Assembly (NCBI GenBank): GCA_000708835.1
Contig: DF237689.1
Location: forward strand, 1-38,594
DNA from: Klebsormidium nitens
Lineage: Eukaryota; Plantae; Klebsormidiophyceae
Direction: 5' to 3'
DNA: 38,594 nt
Part shown: positions 30,842 to 38,594 of the stretch, piece after piece
Layout: each line of letters begins with the position of its first letter
How positions within the stretch are numbered: position 1 is the first letter of the stretch
Notes under the pieces: generated by a model
Database searches by the model: none
Told to the model about the DNA's origin: nothing
Seen by the model: only the letters and a program-made list of their open reading frames with translations
Program-made: the position numbers and the translations under genes

Positions 30842-33800
30842 CTGCGGTCGCCGTCATCCGGGCGACCAACGCCAAGCTGGCGGCACTTGAAGAGGAGTGC
30901 CGGAAGTTTCAACGGCTATATGAGGACCTGAGCAAGGGCGTTCGAAGGTGACGATGCTGTCTATGAGTTCGTTTTCGCCCCTTCTTTTACGCCGTCTGAC
31001 ACTTTTGTTGTGCTGGAGAACGTTTCTTGTGCCGAATCCGAAGGGGGTCTGGGGGGTCCCGGAAAACTGTACAAAACCTTGGGCATGGTAAATCACAGTT
31101 TAAGATCTACTTCTCGGCTCAACCATTCGCCCCTTGTTATTGGTTCGACCTTCGCTGCTTGACATTATTGCTCCACTTGATCCTGCGTCTGTGTTTCTCT
31201 GAGCGGAAGGAAGGGTCTGCATTCGGCTCGACCTTGCACCAAAATTTTGTCGCCTGCTTCAGTAACGCCATGATGCAAAGTGATCCAATGTATACAACAG
31301 TAGCAGATCCAATCAACAACAACAATCTTTCCAAAGTTGGTAGAGCACCCCTGAGCCTGTGAATCAACATTTTATGAGCCTCTGATACGAGAATTTCAAA
31401 ATACCAATCCTTTCAAGTGAGATTGTACAAAAGGCCTTCATCCAAAATCTTTGATGAGACCCCCAGAAGTCCAATCTTCTGATGATCTACAAACGTAGGT
31501 ACGCAGAGGCTCAGATGGAGGAGGCTGCAGCAGCGAGGCGCGCTGATGAGGAGCACCGAGAGGAGATGCAGTCCATGGTGGCGGCGATGGCGATACTAAG
31601 AAAGGAACTAGAGCGGGCAGCAAAAGACAGTGCGGCAGTCAGGGCAGCGGCGGCAGAGGCCTCCACCGAAGCGAGAGTAAAAGCGGTGAGAATCTATCAA
31701 GCCACGAAGCTCCTAGGTAAGCTTGTTAGAAGCGTGTGGAGCTCGCAGTCTGGAAAGTTGTCAGATGCGGCAAGCGTCGAACGAAGTATGCGGTAATCAT
31801 GAGAGTGGAGGAGGACGGCATGGGGTTCTTTTAAAGAGGGCGTCAGTTTATATGTACCGTTCCGACTCGTGAGTTTCCGGTCCAACTCGCAAGCACAAAG
31901 ATTTCTAGCACAAATGGGAAGTGCGCTCGTCCGTCATCGAGAAATCGAGCGATCGAAACTCGGTCGCGGCAAATTTTCTCCTTTTTCCGCACGCCGCGCA
32001 GACCGTACCCACACTGGTTTTCAAAAGCGACGTCACGTGGGCAAATTCGCCGTGCGATCAAATCTCACCGTACGCGGCTGACGTCAGGCGTTCCGGGTCC
32101 CAAGACGCCCTCTTTAAACGAAAGCCAAATTTGAATGCCATCATTTGACGAAGGCTTTGTAAGATGCTCCCTCTGCATTCTGTACACTTCGCTCTGCGGA
32201 GCAGAGAACTGGGCAGTAGGGACTTCGCTTGGTTGTAGCTCCACCTCTTAGTTATGACCCTGTTCATCGATCCGATCGTTTCGATCAGAATATACCTCAT
32301 AGAGTGGTTTCATGATACGGACCGTTGCGCACGTTGACACCAGCGCAGGGAGAGTGGCTCGCTTCCCTCATCGAGCTTGAGGGTGTGCCGAACGATCCTT
32401 GGAGCCGCAATGATATATCCTAAAACTCTTGAGCTTTATTGGCGACTGCCTGCCCGCAGGAAGCGGCCGAGAAGTATCGCCAGCAGTACGAAGCGGAGCT
32501 CCAGCGGCGCCAGGAACTAGAGATGGCGAACATCAAGATGGCGCGTGAGGCGCTGGCGGTGCCAGAGAAGCTCCGCGCATTCGAGCGCGAGTGCGCGTCG
32601 CTGAAGCAGACGGTGGCGGTTTTGGAGGAGAAGTGCCGGCTGAAAGAGGCTACGTTCGTCGACGTGAGTGATTCCGGTCTCCTGAACTGGTGGAATTGAC
32701 GCTGATATCTTGGAGTTCAGCTGGGATAGTCACGGCTTCGGAGTTGTTTGCTGACTCAATGTTTCTTCCGCGCCTCACTTGAACAGAGTGAGTTTTGCCT
32801 GCTGAAAACAATCGTTAACAAGATTGCACGTAGATTCTGGAAACGCTTGTATATCGATCCCAAGAACTCAGGTGAGCTCTGAAGCTCAGATGCGAGGGCG
32901 CTAGTCTTTAGTTGCTCGTGGAGGATTTTTCAACCCGTGCGTCGTTCATTCAACGATTACTCCTGTGATTCAGGTGTTGCTGAGCGGTTGTACATTGTTC
33001 AGGGCACTTTTTCCTCAAGGGTAGGGCATCGAAGAGGCTGACCTTGCGTCTAAAACTGAAGGAACGGTCACCAAAGTCGTGATGAAGCGCAAGGCGACTA
33101 AAGTAGCGAAGCGGCGAGTCTTAATCTGAAGGGCCGTGTTGTTTACAGGCTGACGATAGGGCTGCGAAGCTTCAGAGCGAGCTGTTAGAATGGCGAAAGA
33201 AGGGACTGGCCCTGGAGTTGAAGCTGAAGGAAGAGACGGAGGAGAAGCTGGTTGTGCAGCGACTCCTCGAACTAGAAAGGTGAGGGACAAGCGCGTGCTC
33301 TAACATGCTTGTTAGGAGGTAAAACGATACTTTTCAGTTAAGTGTAAGATCATACGGCGACTGCACGGGTAAAAGCTTTGCCGGAATCTTAGACCGCCAT
33401 TAGCATGGAGCCTCGGGGAAGGTGCTTACACTATTTTCAGGAAAGGAGTCAAACCACGAGCGACCGGTCTTGTCTTGTCTTGTCTGCTCCAATCCATCCT
33501 CGCAGGATCATTGCAATGATGTTCCTTGCCAAAAAGCTCGTCTAGAATTCGTCGTAGCGGTCCTGTTGGCGGTCCATGTTCTGTGATGAAACATCTCCTG
33601 ACCGGGTTTGCCAAACTTCCGAAATCCAAGCCACCTGATCCTGTCTCAGGTCTCGAAAAGTCGCAAGGGACGGAAACGTGCGACGAGAGCTGAGTCCCGT
33701 GGCTGCCGCCGTCGGGCGACTCACGACCACTTCCGAGCGCCAAAAGGCGCCCGGCAACAAGCAGCCTTTCTCTCACCCCGGCCTGACGTCAGAGCATTCT

Positions 33801-35893
33801 GCGGGCAAACTACGGGGAGCATTCGATGCCAACCGTCCTCCTTTCAAACCTAGCGGCAACCCTACTTCGCCCACAAAGACAGGGCCTCCCTCCAAATCAA
33901 ACCCAGACTACCATTTCCCGGCTGCAGCAGAACCGAGCCTCAAAAGCCGAGCGGATAAAATTGGCCCCATCAGTGCAGTACCAGACAAGGGGCCCAGAAG
34001 CGACCTCGAAAACGCCCCCCTGACAGACGAGAACCGCCCAGGGGATCCCCCGGGGGCTCTGCAGCGCGAGGTGGAGAGAGCGGTTATGGAAGCGCTCCGG
34101 GCCGCAGAGGAGCGGTGCGATCGGGCGGTGGCGGCGGCCGAGGCGCGGGGGAAACAGGCGCTCGCGCAGGCGGAGCTGGACCGAGAGAGGGCGGTCAGGG
34201 TGGCGACCATGGATCTGGAGGCGCGGCTACGGAAGGAGTTTGCTGGGGAGAAGCGCGCCATAGCGGAGACGGCTGTAAGTTTCGCGTTTATATCTTTATG
34301 CAACCTTTTTGCTTCATCAGAATCTATCTTATCCGTGACGGGTGGGCGGTCCGCGGGGCGACCCTGGATCTGGAGGCGCGGCTAAGACGGGATGCTGGGT
34401 AGAAGCGCGCCATTGTGTGAGCCCCATTCTTCCCACGTGTCATAGAAGCTTGTGACAGGATTGCTCAATAAGGAATAAAACGCAAAATCAGCTGGTGAAA
34501 CCTTCTCCTCAACGTCCGCTCTCCGAGTCCCTAAAGCCTTTCCAAGTAAGGAAGGACTTCCTTCTGGCTTCCAGAGCGCAGGATTGGCAACTACTGCTGA
34601 CGGGCAAAGAGCGTAGCTTGAGCTGAGGAGCAGCCGGGCAGACTAATTGAAGCTTTCAAGTTAGCGCTCTCTATCCACCCCAATCTAGCTTCCAAACAGA
34701 CCTCTTTCGACCTAACCCCGTACGATGTGTCTCAATTTTGTTGAGTTTTGAACAAGTAACAGGTCGGCGTAGGCCACACTGGACAAACCTGATCGCACAG
34801 GCGCATATTACCTTCACAAGTTCTCTAAATAAAACCGTGACCCTGACGCCACTTGAAGTAGCAACTTACGTCAGGCAAACTTTGATGCCTGCAGGCTGCC
34901 GAAGCGATGGAGGCCGCTGTGGTGGCCGCAGTGGAGGAGCAGGAGTCTCTGCACCGCCAAATCGATCAGCTGCAGGCCGCCGTCCGGCGGTACAAGTCGG
35001 GCGTCCGAAGCGAATCCGAGCCCGTCCGAACCGCGTCCGGCAGTAAGGCACACGTGGCAGCCGCTCGGAGGCAAGCCGTGCTGAAGCGGGTGCCGCTAAT
35101 GGTGAGGAAAGATGGGAGGACTGGGGTCGGGAACGGAACGGAAGGAGGGAGTGTAAGCGGAGCGGAAAAGCGAACGGAAACGGAAATGCAAAGCAGGGGT
35201 ACGGGTCAGAATCCCAGAGTCGTCGTTACTGAGGTCTTCAGGAAAGGGAGCTCGGGAGAAGAGCCGGTGAAACAGGGAGCGAGGCCAAGGCGGGAGGAGC
35301 TATTTCAGCGGTCGGATAGCCTCGCCAACGAAAACGAACGGCTGAGAAAAGCTCTCGACAAGTGCGTCGCTGGGCGGCTTGTTCGCGACATCGGTCAAAC
35401 TGTTCAGGCAACGAACGGCGATGCGACGCTGAGTCCCAGGGGGATGGCGTACGTCCAGTCAGATGACGACACGTGGGACTCGGACGGGGAGCTTTCCGGA
35501 CGGTTCCTGCGAGCTGAGGCTTCGGACACCGTTGTGAGCGGTGCGGGGACAGGGTATGTGGGTCGGTCCATAAGAGATGGGGCCTCGTCTGCACGAGGTC
35601 GTGGTTCGTTGGTGAAAAGTGGGGATACAGCGCCCGCGCGGCAAGGAGAGGGCGGGAGATTGAGCAGAGTCCCTCTCTTGGAGAGGGCGACCAGACGGGC
35701 CGAGATCAGGGCAGCGCTGGTCGCGGGAAGAAGGGTAACGGAGAGGGCGCAATCTCCCCCGCAGGTAAGGCAACTTTTTTTCATAACCCTAACTGTATCC
35801 TAGTCGTCTTATGCTTACCACAATGATCCATTATTTCAATCGCCACAGGTCGTACGACCCACTTATGAGTCTGTCGGCCTCCGAAGCAGTTGA
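30842..35893 (+). CDS. Unidentified long coiled-coil protein, multi-exon, 5' end unresolved
   Basis: Phase-consistent internal exons 30842-30947, 31499-31685, 32460-32663, 33149-33279, 33650-34274 and 34895-35764, with a tentative last exon 35849-35893. The sequence is E/K/R/A-rich and heptad-like, with Pro/Ser-rich linkers. The start codon lies somewhere upstream (about 29-30.4 kb) and was not resolved. Confidence 0.7.
32971..33110 (+). repeat. Decayed copy of coiled-coil exon 33149-33279 immediately upstream
   Basis: GAAGAGGCTGACCTTGCGTCTAAAACTGAAGGAA (33031-33064; KRLTLRLKLKE) versus GAAGGGACTGGCCCTGGAGTTGAAGCTGAAGGAA (33199-33232; KGLALELKLKE), 24/34 identical by hand. An own TTCAG acceptor lies at 32973. 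Confidence 0.6.
34344..34413 (+). repeat. Decayed copy of the 3' end of coiled-coil exon 33650-34274 in the next intron
   Basis: GGCGACCCTGGATCTGGAGGCGCGGCTA (34357-34384) versus 34202-34229, 27/28 identical. It continues GCTGGGTAGAAGCGCGCCAT versus GCTGGGGAGAAGCGCGCCAT (GAG to TAG). Confidence 0.9.
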
Positions 35894-37597
35894 AAGAATT
35901 GTTCGGAGGCCAATCCCATCCATTCGAGGCTGTCCTTAGATGCAGCTGTGATGCGTCTAGCAATACCTTCTCGACTAAGGAGCGGCACTGGGCTCTGCGG
36001 CCCGTTTGGAGCACGATTGCCGTCAGGATTATAATACTGCTGCGACTCGAGGAGGGTCGTAACCTTTTGTCAGCTTGACAAAATGAGGTCGTGGACAATT
36101 CCAATGGTCAAGGCTCCATTGGACTTTCTTTCTTGTCCTTTTCGTCAACCGGCCTCTTGACTGCCAGCTCGAAGGGCTGATTTATTGTTATTGGCTCTTG
36201 CATCTGGTACTAGTTCTAGAAACTTGTCGTGTACTGTTTGTTTGCAGAGAGATCACCTGTGAGAAATACCTGCCGGGTCAGTCGTGGCTTAGCGCTATCT
36301 ACCACGTTTCCGGCCGTGAAAATACAGGTGCGTGCTAGAATTCTTTTGTCGATCTTTCGTACCTGCGAAGCACAGGCCTTGCGTAGGAAGCTTATATGCC
36401 CCAGCTCCGTCTCTGTTATCCCAATTGTGTCCAACTTTAATCACCACCGGTGTCAGAAAGAATCCAACCCGCGAGTCAAGGTCGATTCCTTGTCTGCAGT
36501 CTGAGCATATTGTCCAGGGCACATGTGCTGACTGGTTTCTCATTAGTTTCTGTGTTCACGCCTGCAGGAAGCTTCGTTCTGAGCACGGAAAATGAAAAAA
36601 AAAATGAGCCATTTGGTTCTCACTGCATGGCCAACCGTCCCCTTGTCCTAACGTGCTCTGAAGTTTCCGGACAGATCTGGATCTCGCTGAAGGGGAGTCG
36701 GTTTCAGCAAGGGCGTAAAAGGCTCATGTTGTCAAATTACCCTCGCATTCAAGGTGACTTGGACGCTCGACTCCAGGTCATATGCGCCATCGACCAGCGT
36801 TGTCGACATGTCTGGATTCGATTGAGACCATGGCAGCCAAGCAGTTGAGCCAGCATGTAACAGTAATAGGAGTTAGCCACTGGGCCGACGATCCGTGGTA
36901 TTCACTGGAGGTCACTGAATTCGGGGTGAGTCTTAAGAGCACGTGACGCCAACTCAAACCACTCGTCGGGTCGAGTCAGTCTAGCTGGCCAACATTGCAA
37001 GCTAAACCATCCCAATACGGAGTAATATCTAGCAAGCCGGCTAGACGTTGCCAGATTAAGTCGTACTGTGGATTGACATGATCATTCGCATCATTATGTG
37101 CCATGTTGCCATGATAGTGCATGACAGTGCATGATAGATTAATGAGTGTTGATGCTACCATATACACGATTGGCCGGCCAGGCTCATGGTATGACATCAT
37201 TGTCATGGACTCAATCCGCAATTTAGCTTAATGGCCCGTGCGTACACGTCGGCGCAGCCGGCAGTCACTACCCTTGTTGCACGTTCTCAACGTATCCAAT
37301 ACAGAATCCAGCTAAAGGATCACAAACTCGCCTTGCGCTTTGAGGTTTGGGAAGTGGACCCAAAGCTTTTGCCGTAACGAATCGAATTGTCTCTAGTTTT
37401 TGACCAGAACCATGATCTGGCATGCTATACTCAGTGGAGCCTGTAAGGCAGCTTTGCCACCTTTCAACAAAGACACCCGGAATAAGCTGGCTGCCACACT
37501 GTTCGCTAACAGAAGTGGATCAACGACTTCCAAAGCTTTCCTTCGAATGGAGGGCGTGTACTGTTGACGATCACGGCTGGATGTTTGATGAAGAGCA

Positions 37598-38209
37598 TCA
37601 ACGACCATCATTTGAAGATCTGTCAGCTGCTGCCAGGCGGTCCGCCTTTTCCTGCTCTATGGCCGCCCTGGTTTCTTGCGCTAGCCTCCTCCACTCCTCC
37701 CCCTGCATAAAAGAGGGAGTAAGATACCAATTACTGCCATCATGAGCTCAAAGAAGAAGCTTTCATAGTTGCAAGCAAAAACACGACCCAGTCAGCAAGA
37801 CCGACAAGCTGTCAATTGCTGGCAGTGTCATACAGCCCAGGCAGTTCATGGCCTCCCAAGTATGAACTCAGCTTGCCACCAAAACAGTGACGTGGTGCCA
37901 ATGATGACAGCTCAGCTCCAATCACAGAGATCTTAGACATTTCCAGATTCCCAATGGTGCCGAGTTCCTTACCCGAGTCAAGCCCGCACACGTCAAGCCA
38001 GCAACTACAATCGCTGCTCCGCCCAGCACATACAAGCTGGCAACACTGAAGGCCCTCGTGGGAAGAGCGTGCGGGTTGTCTCCCAAGCCCTTCCGCTGCA
38101 GACGGCGGGCCCAGGCCCATTGTCCAATGCCGGCTGCTAGCCAGCCACCGGCTGCTGGATACACTGACCACTCAGACTTGTCGGCGCTTCCTCCTGAATG
38201 CAAAGCCAT
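37598..38209 (-). CDS. Small two-exon membrane protein (about 113 aa), resembling a conserved uncharacterised plant protein
   Basis: Exon 38209-37973 (ATG..CGG|GTAAGG) plus exon 37702-37598 (TGCAG|GGG..TGA), in phase. It has two hydrophobic segments (YPAAGGWLAAGIGQWAW; AFSVASLYVLGGAAIVVAGL) and an NPHALPTRAF motif. The start codon is uncertain, and the family resemblance is from memory only. Confidence 0.55.
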
Positions 38210-38594
38210 CGCGCTCACGGTTCTCTTGAAGAGCGAATCATCCTTGCGCCTTGCAATGTATGACAAACGCAGTGGACGGGACTAGGTAGCTCTTTACTAT
38301 CGTAATGCCGCTCCTGCCCGCTGTGAGGCTGAGCCGCCAAGGAGAGCGGCAACACGAACGAGGGCTGACCTGGAGAGCAGGATTTGCATTTGTTCTTCAC
38401 ACGCAAAACCTGGAGGCTGAACCACAGCAAGCCAAATGAAGTTCGGACTAAAGTCTGAGCCTATCATAGAGTGCCACGTCATACCCCCCGGGATCCAAAA
38501 GAGTGAAGGTGTCTGGAACGGTCGTACCAGGGGTCGAAACCTGGAGTGTGCGGACCCAAGTGGTCCCAACCAGTCCGAACTCGATCACCGGGCA

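Noticed and set aside
36871-36994. Imperfect inverted repeat as a MITE
   Set aside because: The arms match over only two separated 7-8 bp patches, and no target-site duplication was found.

Overview
Eukaryotic nuclear DNA with spliceosomal GT-AG introns and plant-type genes. A streptophyte alga such as Klebsormidium is my best inference, not proven. All exon structures were assembled by hand from splice signals, phase and protein motifs. The genes are: (1) a 10-exon CNNM/DUF21-CBS metal (Mg2+) transporter-like gene, 724-8299 (+), with one unexplained -1 frameshift; (2) a 9.2-23.8 kb cluster of at least 7 divergent, intronless F-box-like paralogs, mostly frameshifted or decayed and partly head-to-head; (3) inside that cluster, a 315-bp TA-flanked MITE and an O-fucosyltransferase-like gene; (4) a 6-exon DGAT2/MGAT-family acyltransferase, 25138-28583 (-); (5) an unidentified multi-exon coiled-coil gene, about 30.8-35.9 kb (+); (6) a small two-exon membrane protein, 37598-38209 (-). 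The most unusual signal is a set of 'exon echoes'. In two unrelated genes, introns carry decayed local copies of the neighbouring exon end, often with a splice site, mostly offset by about 150-175 bp. Exon 5 of the CNNM gene is preceded by four such decoy acceptor-plus-exon-start units and one acceptor stub. No rRNA, tRNA, CRISPR array or autonomous transposase was recognised.
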